Below, piece after piece: positions 1-13,774 of a DNA stretch of 64,000 nt (positions are counted from its first letter, which is position 1; each line of letters opens with the position of its first letter). Below the pieces are notes generated by a model, which ran no database searches, had not been told where the DNA came from, and was given only the letters and a program-made list of their open reading frames with translations. Where the stretch lies: assembly GCF_000143415.4 (NCBI RefSeq), contig NW_003314281.1, positions 980,833 through 1,044,832 on the forward strand, read 5' to 3'. The DNA is from Selaginella moellendorffii. Taxonomy: Eukaryota; Plantae; Lycopodiophyta. The position numbers were made by a program, and so were the translations under genes.

Positions 1-496
1 TGGGTGGTGCTGGTTGGAGCTTACTGGAGCTTTTCGAGTGTGGAGTTGATCCTTTTTGGAGCTTGGAGCTTGTGGAGCAAGCGTGGCTTGGAGTTTTTGG
101 AGCGTGGAACTATGAACTTGTATAGATATCGGAATTCAAGTGTACAACAACGTATTTGAACCTGGTGCTCGTAGAAGCAGAAGGTGAAGAGTTTGGATAT
201 GGTATATAGAAATAGTACGCTGGACTTGTGCTTTATAGAGTGGGGATACACAATCTACAAAATAGCTCATTATTTGCTATTAAAAAGGATTTAAAACATA
301 TAATATGTGTAGCAAATAGTTTTTTTAATCACAAGATAATATTAAGAAAGCCAAAACCAATATGAAATTTTGAATGTTTCAGAATTCCATGAGGCGAACT
401 TTCATTTCAGCTTGGGTCACATTTGAGATTATTAAACCTTGAATAGTTTATGCTTGAAACAATCACAGTGTTTGTAAGAACTTGGGACTTTGTTCG

Positions 497-3018
497 TCAC
501 TGGGTTATGTAAGGTTGGGTGTTGTCGAGCAGCATCAAGGCCGACGAGATTCCATACACAGCCTGCCACTGCACAACATCGTAAACCGATGCTACAAGCC
601 TCCCACTTCCCTGGGGATCCTCGGCAAACGGTGATCCCAGCTCCGCTAGAGTGGCCCCGACAGCCTTTTTTATCCCTTTGCGAGCTTTGACCACGAGTTT
701 GTCGCTGGAATCACTGCCCGTCACAAGAACCATCTGCTGCTCGCTCTTTTCCTCGTGGAGCTGTGCCACTCCACTCAACCAGTCCAGCACTGCGACCTGT
801 GCTGCTCCCAGTGACAATCCTCCGAGATCCAGCAGAAGCTTCATCTTGGTGAGCTTTGGCCTCTTGTACCACGGGAGTAAGCTCCTGGCTGCTACCATCA
901 CTGACTTTGCCCGGCGTTTCAATCCTTTCCTCCACAGCCCGTCCATGAGCGAGTTGTAAAACGAAAGGTTGGCCTCTGCGTCTTTGGTTTGAGCCAACTT
1001 CTGAAGGAAGGCCATGACGTCCTTCGGCAAGTCCGCTATGCTACCTTCCAGCAGCGACTCGCAGCTCTCGTACAAAGGCAGGAACATAAGCTGGTAGACT
1101 ATCCTGCACGTCTCCCACCGGCTAGTCTCCAGCGTTCTCACCAGTGGCATGATCTCCGGCGAGGAATCACCGCATGCCGCTATCAGTACTCCGTATCCTG
1201 GAACACCTGGCTCGATGTCTTCGCTGTCCATTTCACTCAGAATATTGGCGGCTTCCGTGTACCACTCCCCACGAATATATAGGTGCAGCATTGCATTGTA
1301 TGCCACCGCAGTGATTTGACAGTTGCTCCTCATTGTAACACAAACCTGTAATGCGGATAAAGATAAAGGGTGTCAGCACAACCAAAAGGTATGGGATCAC
1401 CTCATGTCCCGATCTTGTCCAGCCCTTCATTGCGTATGCGTGAATCATTGACGTGTATGTATGTGCTGTTGGAGAGATTTTCAGTCGCAGCATCCTCTTG
1501 TAGAGCTCTTCTGCTTTAGCACACCTCCCGCTCCTCACAAGTGCTGTGATGGCCGACGTATAAGTTATAGCATTGGCTTTCAGCCCCGAGCCACACACCT
1601 CGTTGTACAATTGCATGGCTTGGAGGTGAAGCCCAGCCTTGGCACATGCGTCCAGTAAAATGTTATAGACAATTAGAGAAGGTTTTGCAATCTGCCACAA
1701 GAAACACAACGATGTAATAAACATCAGCTGTAAGATACAAGTACCTGTTTGGATTCACGGAAGATGGTGAAAGCCTGATCCAAGCAGCCAGCTTTGCAAT
1801 AAGCAAGGAGCAACTGTTCATAGCACGTCGAGTTGGCTTTCAGTCCTGCCTGTTTTAGCATTTGAAACAGCTGCTGGGTCCGAGTGTGGTTTCCTTTTTG
1901 CGCGTGGAGCTGCATCAACTTTACAAGCACCTGAAACAAAACAACACCTTGCACTTTTGAAATGGTTTTAACAGTACCAAAATCCTACCTTGGAATCAGC
2001 AGAATGGCCAGCAGCGATCATAGCGGAGAAACACTTGTCCGCATTTTCTACTTCACTTTTCTTCCAGCAGGCAGCAATGAGTTCCGAGTACGTTTTTTGG
2101 CTCGCCTTCAGCTCGTGGCTGTGCATATGATCCAAAACCTCCAGCGCCAGCTTGAGCTCGGGAGTTTTCGAATTCAAATACGCTGCAACCAGCTACCAAG
2201 CCATCCTTGTGCGTAAGACAGACTCAAACTCAAAAGATACCTGTTCGTAGCTAACATGGTCGGGTTGAATGCCGAACTTTTGCATCTCGAGCATGCAGTC
2301 CAGCATGCGCTCGGCCATGCCCTGCTTGGCATAGCCACCCAACAGCGCATTGTAAAGAAAAAGATCGAGGCCAAAGCCTAGCTGCTGGACCTCCGTAAGA
2401 ATGGCCTCGGCTTCTTCAAGCCTCCCGTGCCTGGCAAGCACCGCTACCATCGTCGTGTACACCTTTAGAATCTGTACTACTTCCCTGTCTTCCTCGTTTT
2501 TCTGGACGCCGGTGTTGGGCTTCAGAAAGATGGAGCTCGTCTCCTTGAAAACTCCAAACACGGCCAATGCTAGCTCCCAATGCTTTTTTCCTACGTTGCT
2601 AAGAACTTTGCTCCAGTCCTCCGTCGATATCCTCTGGAACGCGTTACTCAAGCTACCCTCAATCTCTGCTTGATACACAATCGCCGCTATAAGCTCGTCA
2701 AGCTCTGGTTTTTCCACTGAATTCCCTGTCGTCTCGTCCAGCCTCTTTGAGGCCGCCGTCAACCTCTGGAAGTGCCCATTTTGCCTTCCAAATCGACTGA
2801 AATACTTGCCATTGACGAGAAGATCGATCCCATACTTCTTTATCCCAGCACATTCAAATCCTGGAAGCAAATCAAACAAGGTAAGAATTGAAAGCTTACC
2901 ACCAAAGTAGAATTTTCTTACCCGAGAATAGTTGTGTCCGGGAATGAGCCACATTAAATGGATGTAGCAATCCCTCCACACCGGTGTTGAGCAGCGATGG
3001 CGCGATCATAGGCGCCAT
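497..3018 (-). CDS. P-class pentatricopeptide repeat protein with C-terminal SMR domain (multi-exon)
   Basis: 35-aa PPR motifs across exons (VYTTMVAVLARHGRLEEA, YNALLGGYAKQG, YNILLDACAKAG, YTSAITALVRSG). The last exon has an SMR-like LLLDLGGLSLGAAQVAVLDWL...LVTG...LAELGSPF..GSGRLVA. GT-AG introns lie between the ORF pieces. ATG at 3018 is inferred. Confidence 0.88.
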
Positions 3019-3877
3019 TCTTTTCTAATTTCTTGGATACCACCGATCTTCAACGTTCTTGATTCTTGGCAGTCATCGAATCATGGGATCCTCTCGAAAT
3101 CTGAGCTAAATCGCCAATGACCTACCTCGAACTGTGCGAAGCCGGCGATCGATCGATGGAGACAGCGGCGGGGGCGGCGGCGGCGGCGGCGGCGGCGGCT
3201 GGAGGAGGAGGATGGGAGGAGGAGCTCGGCCTCCCGCCCGCAATCGCATTCCAAGCTCGCCTCTCTCACCGATGATCCGCGACGAACACTGACAAACGCG
3301 AACCTAGGGCCCCGTCTGACACGTGGATGGCCCGATCGTCATCTTGGATTTCGCTTGGCTCCCATTCTCCTGCCATCTCTCGTCAACCGTACAAGTCGTA
3401 CCAACGCCGTACATATTGTACGGAAAATAGATAACATGACCCTTGGGTTTTAATCTTATCAACACCATAGCTTTGGCAGAAGAGAAAACTAGATGCGTCG
3501 ATCGATCAATGACGAACGAAGATCGATCATTCTCTCTCTTCTTCTCCAATTCGATTCGATCGATTTAGTCGCGAGGATTTCCTCCTTCCTGGGCTTATAG
3601 TCTTCCGCATCACACATTAATAAAAGCGTGAAGCCAAACGAGGTCACCTACACCGCTCGTCAGCATGCTCTTTAACTCGGAAGATGGATTCCCACGCTGA
3701 ATCATTGATTACGGTAGCCCCCGCTCCAATAAGTGATGCATTCTCGCCTCCTCTTCTCGGCTGCCGATCGGTGCTTTTACTCGAGGCAGTAGTAGTCCCT
3801 CCGAGCTAAATCTCCACGAACCAGCCATGCGATCCAATCCAAGCTGCGCGATGAGTCGAGTCCGATCTCGAAAGTTG

Positions 3878-5183
3878 CTAGAGGTTGAGCCGGCTGAGTC
3901 CATCGCTGAGACCATCCTGATCCGCTGCCTCTTGCGGCTGTGATCGCTGAGGAGGAGCAGCACTCACGGCCACCACCGAGCGGACTCTCACCGGCGGAGC
4001 TAGCGAAACCTGTGGTCTTCTCAAGTGATAGCCCGACGAGAGCAAGGAGCTGTCCGACTGCCACCAGTGAGAGTCGGTCGTCCGGGGCCAAAACATCGGG
4101 CTCCGAGAGCTCCGCTTAGGCTCCTCAGGCATGGGCCTGCTGCTGCTGGCGCAGGTGCTGCTGCTACTGCTGCTCTCTCCACGGAGCCAATCTTCCTCGT
4201 CTCGGCGATGCTCTTCGATAGGGGGAGGGACTTCGTGGGTCAGCTGGACGTTCCTCGTGCGGACCCGTGGATGCGTCATGCCGTAAGCTCTGATATCCCT
4301 GGGCAACGCTAGCGCTTCCGGATTCGAGGAACGCGGGTTCGTCGAGCAAAAGCCTGCTCCAGATCTTAGATGCTGCTGCTGACTGCCCAAGTATCCCACA
4401 GTGCAGTCCTTGTCGAACAAGGACGGCACCGTATACTGCCTCGGTCTGGAAGCTTGTCCGCCGCCAACTTTCTCGTAAGCAAGGTACAAAACTCGTGCTA
4501 TGCTGATCTGCTCTTGATCCTCGGTCATCTCGTCTGAGTAGAACAAACTTGGAGGAGCCAGTTTCTTCGCAACTGCAATCAGCCAGAACTCGCGGTTCAA
4601 ACCAAGAGACAATCAAAACGAAGAGAGGGAACTTACATTGCTTCAGCGTCGCCCACGCGGCCATGGCAGCGTTCTTTTCAGCTTGCTTCTTCGTTTTCCC
4701 AGCGTCCCCGGTGAAGTTCATCCCGGCAACCTCGACGACGCATGTAAAAACCGGCAAATGCCCAGGCCCAGACCTGGTGGTAGTGTACGTTGGCAATGGC
4801 ACATTCGCCCTTTGGGCCGTTTCTTGCAAGAGATTCTTGAAAACACCCGTTTCATCCTGCGAAGGAAAAAAAAAAAAACGAGAGAACAAAGTATCAGTGT
4901 CCATCTCCACAAAGCATTGAAACTTAGAAACACTTACCAAAATCCGAGCAGCGAGAGACTGTGAAGGACCTCGTCGAGAGAGAACATTGAGAGCAAGCTC
5001 CGCGGCGGCATGCTCGGCCTGCCTCAGTGTGCTACAGTAATTTGGGCTCTCAAAAACCTCGCCATTGAAGTTCACGGCCGCCTTGAATCGCGGCGCATGA
5101 TCAGGGCCTTCCCTGATACACGAATACGCCGGCAAATTGAAGCAGCTCCTCTGCGCTAATTCCTGGAGCTGGTTCTTGTACAT
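3878..5183 (-). CDS. Double-stranded RNA-binding protein, DRB2/3/5 type (two dsRBMs + low-complexity tail)
   Basis: MYKNQLQELAQRSCFNLPAYSCIREGPDHAPRFKA (dsRBM1) and DETGVFKNLLQETAQRANVPLPTY...KTKKQAEKNAAMAAW (dsRBM2). Introns near 4858-4938 and 4582-4636. Confidence 0.93.
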
Positions 5184-6029
5184 CTCTGCCAAGACCCAAT
5201 TATCAGCCCCTGGAACCACAGATCTAGCACTCCTTATCGCAATCGAAACGAGCATTTCCAAGAAAACCCTCGCTACCGGCGCTTACCTGAGAAATTTCTC
5301 TAGCCGAGGATCGATATTTCGCCCCCGCCAGCGCGCCTGCTACCTCCGGCAATCCGCGGCAACGAAGACGAAGAATGCAGGCCGGAAATCCCTCGAAACC
5401 TCGCGAGAAGCTCGAAATCCACCTCCTAGAAGCGCCGCTCAATCAGCTCCGCGTCGTAATGTAGCCCCGGCCAGCGCCTGGACGAGCAACGAGCTGGATC
5501 TGGGAAGAAGAAGGGATAGAACGGAGGAAGAAAAAAGAAGGAACAACAACACCTAAATGCCGAATGAATATGTGCGTAAAAGCCGTATAGCGTATTGGTT
5601 AACAGGCTGGCCCATTTAAGTTTAATCGCCCGGTTCCATAAATATTTACTGGCATGGTTTTAAAACCGTGCTTACATGGATTCGAACCGTGGAGCTCTGG
5701 AGATCCCTGACAGGGATGCGCGCACTGGAGCTAGGGTTTTAGGACGCGCGAGGAGGGAGCGAGCGCATTCCCTATCAGGTGAGTAGATTTTAGAGCTCTT
5801 GCGAAGCCAATTGCTACAAAGATTTGCGTGATTTCTACGTGAGATCATTGTGCGATCGCTGTGCGTGTGCGATAAGTAGAGAATTTTGTGTGTTCTTGTT
5901 GAATGGTAGAGTCTTTTTGTCTGTGCTGTGCGATTTGATTCTTGTCCATGACTATAAAGATTGATTTGTTTGGCGCGTCTTTTCAGTGGCAATTGTTTTG
6001 CACATCTTTCCCGGAGGCAATTGAGATCG

Positions 6030-7787
6030 ATGGCATCACGGGATTTCGAAGAATTCCACAAGAAATGGTTTGATGCAGCTAGCTTGCAACTCAAATCTCT
6101 TCGCAATGCTTTGAAGGAGGAGCTTTGCTCAGAGGAATTGCTCATCCAAGCACTACAACAATTCTACACTTTCTACAGAAACTATGCCGAGGAAAAGATC
6201 CAGATGATCAAAGAAGATGCTTCTCACGTAGTAGCGAGCTGCTGGAGGTCCCCGCTGGAGATTTCTTTCCTGTGGATGGGAGGGTGGCGACCAACAATGA
6301 GCATCATCTTGGTTTTCTCGCTCATGGGGATGCAGATAGAAGATGATCTCGTGAAAATCTTGGAAGGAATGGACGTCCCAACCATGGCAGCATTGTCCGG
6401 GAAGCAACTCCAGAGACTAAACTCGCTACAACAGCGTAATCGTCATGCCGAAGACAACATCTCCAATCATCTTGCCGACTTACAAGTAAGTCTTTGCGAC
6501 TTCTCTTCTTTCTCTCTTCTCTTCATTACTTTTTATAACTCTTCCACCAGCTTCTTCTGATGAAACTTCACCTTGTCTCATGACTAGATGCTGGTTGCAG
6601 ATCAAGAGATAGCAAGGGCCACCGTCACAGATCCACCACCAAGCGAATCAGACGACTTGTCACTACTTCAAGAGGCCATGGAACCGAAGCTGGCGTACCT
6701 GCGTGACATCGTTCTCGAGGCCGAGGAGCTGCGGCTACGAGCAGCGGACGAGCTGGTGCAAATCTTGACACCGCTGCAAGCAGTACAGTATGCGGTGACT
6801 GCGCTGGAGCTGGGAATCGCGGTGAGAAAACTTGGAGTCTCTGCAGCACTGAGCCAACCCCAGTGCATACGAGGAAGTGCTTTGGAGGGGAATGTCAACA
6901 CCTTACGAAAGGTTTTGGCCAGAGGAGCTGATCCATCGGCAGCGGATTCTGACGGTCGTACAGCTTTGGTAAAGACAGGCTCTCTCTCCTTCCCTGCATG
7001 CTCTGAGCTTTCTTTTTTCTTCGCAGCATATGGCAGCGTCGAAAGGCCACAGTGAGTGTGTCGATATGCTGATAAATGCCGGGGCCAACGTGAACAAGAA
7101 AGGTCTCGTATTATGGATTTCTTCGCTTTCATTGCTTGATTTTCATTTCTTTCTTTCAGATAACTTTGGAATGACGCCATTGCTCGCAGCGTTGAAAGGA
7201 GGCCACGATGTTGCTGCGGACTTGCTCGTTGAAAAGGGAGCTGAGCCGCTTCTGGAGGTTTGCAAGTTTTAGCTCCAGGCATTACGTTAATGATGATCTT
7301 TTTTTATCTTAATCCTTCCTTTGTGTGTGTGAAACAGGAACCAGGGATAGAACTTTGTAAAGCAACGGCCAGTGGTGACGTGAAGTATGTGGAGAGGCTC
7401 GTAAAGCACGGTGTGGATCCGAGTGCTGTCGACTATGCTCAAAACACGCCACTTCACATTGCTGCTGCGGTTGGAAGCCTGGAGGCCGTCGCCGTTCTTG
7501 TAAATGAAGGTGCTGATGTTCTTGCGAAAGACCGGTAAACACACCGAAAGCAACTGTGGAACTTTGTTTGTAAATGTGTAACTGTGTAAATCTTCTCGTC
7601 ACAGGCATGGCCACACGCCCCTCGACGAAGCGAGGGATGCCGAGAGTGAAGCCGCAGTGAAGATAATCGAGGAGGAAGTGGCGAGGCGTCGTGAATCAGA
7701 GAGCTCGAACAACATGGTTCGCTTTCTCAGCTTTCTTGTCAGTGAGTGTTGTGGGTCAGCTAATCAGATTCGTAATGACAGAGCTAG
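6030..7787 (+). CDS. DOG1-domain protein fused to C-terminal ankyrin repeats (multi-exon; 3' end approximate)
   Basis: DOG1 motifs WRSPLEISFLWMGGWRP, LSGKQLQRLNSLQ and AEELRL...ILTPLQA, followed in the same exon chain by ankyrin repeats (DSDGRTAL, DNFGMTPL, DYAQNTPLHIAA, HGHTPLDEA). Confidence 0.85.
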
Positions 7788-8083
7788 CAACCTCGCGACG
7801 AAAGTCTACTAGAGTATCGGATTCCTATAAATGCGTTGACATCTGCTATCATCTATCTATGTAAGTAACCAAATTACAAGAGCCTGGACGAGAGTAATAA
7901 GTTGAGGAGTTTATACAGTTTTTATATGTTCATCTCTCTTTCTTTTCCATTGTTAATCAAAAGAAGGTGTTGGTTTTGTCTTCAGGCAGAATGTGAGATA
8001 TCTCGTAGCTGACTTTCAGGTACTTTTTTCTCTATCACTTTGCGATCTCACTGGCTGGGCCCTTGGCAGAAAAGCAGAAAGTG

Positions 8084-9369
8084 ATGGAGAGTAATGCAAA
8101 TGGATTTAGGAAACGCACAATAGGTTTAACCGGTCAGTCAAATCTTAAAACGCTCCACTGTTTTAAGTTTTCCAGTCGACCAAGTTGCGATGGAGCTTCT
8201 CTTTCGTATATATCTACAAAGACCTTTGAGCTCCGGGCATCAAAAAGGAGAAGAAGAAGCAAAACATTCGTGCTGCTGGACAGGCAAGAGAAACACACAA
8301 GTCTTTCTTCTCTTTTCTTATGCGTGATTTATCGTTGTTTTTTAGCTCGCAGCGGAGCATATTGCTAAAGACATGGAGTTCGTGACTTGTGTCCTTTAGC
8401 CACTCTATACACACTCAGTCGTCACCGCGTGATGCTACTCTCTATTCCTTTCGTTTTTTTTCGTTTTTTCCCTTCCACGATTCCATTCCAGCAGTGATGC
8501 CACTGTTCCAAGCTTGACTTGTATTGTGATCTACTCATGATTGTGCAGCTTCGCGCAAGAAATCTTCTAGCTTTCCGGCTATGAAATTGGACACTAGCGC
8601 GTGGACACATCTCCGAGCAGACACCAGTGCGAGAGAGAGAGCTGGAGCGGGAGCTTTCATGTCCCCTCCCAAGAACAATTCACGGGTAAGGGTTCTGGCG
8701 ATCAAAGATTAATCGAGCTCACAGCATTAATGGCTGCTCTCATGCGCTATTTTGCAGGGCCTTCGCCACGAATTACCGGCAACGATAGCAGCTTCATACC
8801 AGCTGATTAAGACAGCCGATGTGGTAAACTCGGCAACAAAGTCGCTGATGCCATGCCAAGAACAAAGCTCTCGAGGTATCTTACAAAAAAAATCTCATTT
8901 TTATGGAGCTTTCACTTACTGATTCCTTGTTGCTTGATTCCCGTGTCCCAGGCGATGTAAGTGAGGCCGTTTGCCGGATTTGCCTGGTGGAGCTGAGCGA
9001 AGGCGAGAGCTTTCGCATGGATTGCTGCTGCAAAGGGGACCTCGCGGCGGCTCACAGCGACTGCGCAGCGAAGTGGTTTACGATCCGGGGGAAGAGCTCG
9101 TGTGACATCTGCGGACACACAGTTAAAAATCTCTCACCGCTGCTGGACAGTTCGAGAAGGAGCTTTCGATCACTCGATGATGGTCCCCAGCGGCAACAAT
9201 TGGAAGAAGACTACGAATTGATCAGGTAAAAAAATGTTGATCTTTTAGATGCTCAGCAAACCGAGATTTTTCCAGGAGCATTTCTTGGATCGAAGTGTTG
9301 GCAGTGTATTTGAGCTGTGCGCTGGCATCGCTGTGGCGAAAACTGGAAGAGCTCTCAGAGTTTCCATGA
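8084..9369 (+). CDS. RING-CH (RINGv/MARCH-type) E3 ubiquitin ligase; 5' exons uncertain
   Basis: C4HC3 finger CRICL...MDCCCKGDLAAAHSDCAAKWFTIRGKSSCDIC at ~8970-9115. The spliced last exon ends in a hydrophobic stretch and TGA at 9367-9369. Confidence 0.75.
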
Positions 9370-9642
9370 AAGCTGTGGAAAGCGTTCCTTGTTGTACAGA
9401 AGTAGGAAGTAGGGTTTATATATATCAACCTTATAGGGTTTGTGGCGTCGCTTTCAAAGCCTTCGTTTTTTTTCGCAAGCTTTCCACCTCGTATTGATTC
9501 GCGGAAGGATAGAATTGTAAGAAACAAAGCCAGAGATGAAGAAAAAATTGGTACAAACATTATCTCTTTCCTCGCAACCAAAATCAACAAAGAGAGAGAG
9601 AAAAAGAAAAACACTCTTTCCGCGAGCTCTTGTTTCACGTCT

Positions 9643-10932
9643 TCACGAAGACGATGTCTCATTTTTCGTCTCGGATGCGGTCAGGCTCTGGAGGTCTCTC
9701 TGCAAGGCATCTTTTGGAAGCTGTGAATTCAAAGCCTGGAAGAGAAAGAGCGATGAAAAAACGAGCTTAGCTTCGATCAGCTCAATCGTACTTAAAGATC
9801 ACTCAGACCTTGACGTGGAAGTAGTGGAAGGTCGTGGACGCGTTGGTGGAGATGTTCGCGTCGAGGACTCGGAACTTGTGATGGTCCAGGAGAAGTAACA
9901 CCTTCGAGAAGACGCTCCTGTTCTTGCTGGCGCAGATCATGGTGATGAAAGCGTCGCTGCCGCAAACGCTGAGGATCACATTGGACGCCTGCTGCGATTG
10001 CTGCTGGATCATGCCCGGATGATCATCCCCCCCTCCGGCGTTCTTGGAGCCGCGGTCATTGGTGGTGGTGCAAATCGATGGCGATGGAGAGCCCGAGTCC
10101 TTGATCGCCATCGCCGCGCGAGGAGAAGCGCTTCTCAACACATCGGAGCGTTTCTTGTCCAGATCCTCCAGGTCCTTTCGGAGGAGATGGATGTAGCTGA
10201 TGATCTCGGAGACGATGGTCGACTTATCGCTCTAAGATCAGAGAAAACAATCGGACAATCGGTTTTAGCTACAGGATCGAGGAAGGCAACAAAAACCACG
10301 AAGAAACCAAGAACAAGAGAGGAAAAATAAAGGGAGAGAGGAGCTCCAAGTACCTTGGAACACGTCTCCGGTAAGAGCGATGCCAGCGTCGAGAAGAGAT
10401 GGTTCATGCCTTTCCTCCGCTGCCTCTCGGAAAGAATGTGGCTCTCGCGCGGCGAGATGCTTTTGCTCTTGGTGTCCACTCCAAGATCGTGAGTCGCTGC
10501 CAATGTTCTTCGGCTGCTTCGCTTAGATCCAGCCCCCGCCGCCTTCCCCACCGGCGGGAGAGCTGGAGGAGCCACGAACTGCGTCGGGGATGGCGATGTC
10601 AAGCACGGGAGAACGCTCGACGCTGGCGAGCAAATGCCCTGCAATGTGGAATGGGTCTCGGGGAGTTCTTGCGGGAAATGCAGCAAAGGGTCGTCCATGG
10701 ATTCGAATGTGGCCATTGGAGAAGCTCCCTGATCGCTCGAGGTGGCCGCCGCCGGCCACCACTCTGGGAAATCCTCGAGCTCGAAAGAGGGCAATCGAGT
10801 CTCTTCCAGGAGTGGTGACTTCAGCATTTGGTGGATGGATTGCTCGATAGATCCATCCGGAAGAGGAGCAGCGGCAGTGGCAGTGGCAGTGGCAGTGGAG
10901 CAGGATTTGGATCGTCGTCTACGCGGTGGCAT
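9643..10932 (-). CDS. bHLH transcription factor with C-terminal ACT-like domain (ZHOUPI/bHLH95-like)
   Basis: ESHILSERQRRKGMNHLFSTLASLLP, then intron, then SDKSTIVSEIISYI. C-terminal SNVILSVCGSDAFITMIC...FRVLDANIST; three exons. Confidence 0.85.
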
Positions 10933-12489
10933 TGCACGCTGGAGGATCAAAGAAAAAGGTCCGAGAGTGAGGAAAAAATGCGATTTTTCCGGTGACTTAC
11001 CGCGAGTCGAGAGAGATCCTTGTTGCAAAAATCGTTCTTTCACAGGCAGGAGCTCGGAAGCTCGGATAAGTTGTAGCGTGGTAGCTTGAACGTTCTAAAC
11101 GGGTTGGACAGGATGGGTGAGAGAGAGAGAGAGAGGGCCAGGCTTTATAAAAAAGAAGATCTGGGAAAATGGACTGGAAGAGATGGTGATCATAAGCAGC
11201 AACAATGGTAAAGTCAGATCGCTCGCTCGCAGAGGCAACGAATAAAAAGCCAATTAAGAAAAGGCTGCCCCATCGCTGCTGCCTCGCCCGCAAGTCAAGA
11301 CTCGCAATTGTGACGAGGCGAGCCGAGTATGGCGAGCTCCTTCGTCTTCCATCGTCGCAAAATGAACAGTGCAGCGTGATTCTTTACAGTAACACCAAGA
11401 TCATCGCGTTAGTCACGCGACTTAGCCAGGGCCACGAGACGAATATCGAAAGAGATGGACAAACTTCTCCTTGAACGTATACAAAAATCTCTTTTTTTTC
11501 TCCGAAGGACAGGTTGCTGCTTAGAGAGGGGACCGTATCTCGCACTCGCAGCAGGTCGCCGGAACGAATGCACGTTAATACAATCTTTGCACGTTTCCAC
11601 TCGGGCGAGTCGGAGTACCGAAGTGGCAGTGGTTTTATAAGCGATTAGCGAGAGGGTGAGAGTGAGAGCGAGAGAGAGAGAGAGAGAGAAGCTCTGTTAC
11701 ATGGACAGTGTTGAGCCACGCTTCCACGTCCCTGAAATGACAAGTCTCGGACACCACCACCATCCCCTGCCTCTTTCTCCGCTCGAAGACCTTGTCAATT
11801 TCGCAAAACTTTCCGTAAAACCTTCTGAGATTCTAGTACCACGATCTGATGTTAAGGCACTCCACAATGTCGCCATTGTTCCACGTGAATAATGCTTTTA
11901 CGGATTTTGTTCTCTTTGAGCAGTGACTTTGCAAGGACTATCTAGAGTTCCTCCGCGTCGCGCTAGCAAAGTTTGATTTTTGATCGACCGGGCGGCGCGA
12001 GTAATCCAGGTTCCAGAATGTGAATCGATAAGCTCGAACTTACATCCATGAAGTCGTACACCAGTGAAGGGTCAGCATTACATTTAGAGGCACTGAGAGG
12101 TATGGCTCGCGACGAAAGTAATGAGAAGCCGGCGTGTAGCTTCCCTTGGCCTCTCGTGTTTGTTTGTTCGTGGGATTTTTTTTTCCCCATTTTTTCCATT
12201 TCCGAGCTCTCATTTACTCACTCGCTATGATCCGAAACTCGTTGTGGATGCACGGGACACGGCCACCATGTCCTTTGACAGGGCCCTTGTTAAAGGACAG
12301 GAAAAGTATCAGGAGCTTTCAATTCGGCACCACCAGCATTCGATTTTCTGTGCAGCCATGGCATAAAAAAAAGGATTTTTTTCTTCGCAGGGATGGTGAC
12401 GATGGCGACTGGTCTCCATCCAAGTAATCGGGGTTTAGGTAGTGGGATTCTTTAGGGCTCTTATTCTCGCGCTAGGGCTGTGGCGGGCG

Positions 12490-13774
12490 ATGGCGCTGCT
12501 GGGAGACGGCGCTGTGACAGCGCCAGTGTCAATCGGAGGCGCTGATCGCGCAGGTGAGGTCGCGACTTGTATGCTAGATTATGGGCATTGTCTCGCGCAC
12601 GGATATCTAAATTCTTTCTTTCTCACACAGCGTGCCTCGCAAGTTTGACTTTGCGCTCGCGATCGAGGAGATTTAAGCCGCGATCTCCAGCTGTAGCGGG
12701 TAAGCTTGCTCACGCACAGAAAAAACAAGAGGGGCTTGGATTTTTTTCGTTTGTTTAGTGTTTTTCCTGAGGTCATTGATTGTCGACTGTTGCTGAGGGT
12801 GAAGTTTCACAGCTTGTACGTCGTCAGTGGATGGTCGGGCTAGTTTTGATATCGAGGCAAAGGATCTGTTTGTGGAGGTACGGGGTGACACGGGGCTTCT
12901 TGTACCCGTGCTCAAGAATTGTTCCATTCGAATCCCGCAAGGACAGCTCTGGATGCTCCTCGGGCCCAATGGATGCGGGAAATCGACACTGCTCAAGGCC
13001 AGTCTTTACGGTAGCCTTTCACTTTCGTTTGTGTAATGACTCTCCTAACTCTTTGCTTGTGTCTTGTTTGGCTATTTTCCAGTGCCTTGCAGGGCTGATG
13101 AGACCCTCCCGTGGACAGATGCGTGTGGCACAGCCAAAGAGCTTTGTCTTCCAGAATCCGGATCACCAGGTACCTCTAGTTGATAGCCAGTTTTTCACTT
13201 CTCGTTGTTTCCACCAGGTTGTCATGCCTACAGCCGAAGCAGATGTTGCGTTCGGGCTTGGGCGCCTACAATTAACGCAAGAGGAGGTCCGGGACCGAGT
13301 TTGGAGGTCTCTTAAAGCCGTGGGGATGGAGAACTACTTACAGGTAAATGAAATGTGGTTTTTTGTGTGGACAAGCAGATGAGTTTTGTTTTTTTTTTTT
13401 TCCTGCAGCGTCCTATACAGACGCTAAGTGGTGGTCAAAAGCAGCGAGTGGCCATCGCGGGGGCGCTTGCAGAGACAAGCCGGGTGCTTCTACTGGACGA
13501 GTTAACGACTTTCTTAGACGAAACCGATCAGGTCAGTCTCCTCAAGTCGTTTCTTTCATCCAAAAGGACTGCTTGTCATCAGGTTGGAGTGTTGGAAGCT
13601 GTCCGACGAGTGGTTGCTGGCCCGCCTTCAGTAACGTCCCTGTGGGTAACTCATCGTCTGGAGGAGCTTAACTACGCAGATGGAGCTGCCTATATGGAGA
13701 ACGGACGCGTTGTTTTAAGTGGATCCGTTGCAGATGTTGTGGACTACATTAACCTCAAGAAAGCGGAGCTCTGA
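12490..13774 (+). CDS. ABC transporter I family stand-alone ATPase (ABCI10/EcfA-like), multi-exon
   Basis: Walker [11 protein letters not shown]-loop FVFQNPDHQ, signature LSGGQKQR, Walker B LLLDE, H-loop VTH. Confidence 0.9.

Noticed and set aside
1-110. TGGAG-rich repeats at the window edge
   Set aside because: Truncated low-complexity sequence; cannot be assigned.
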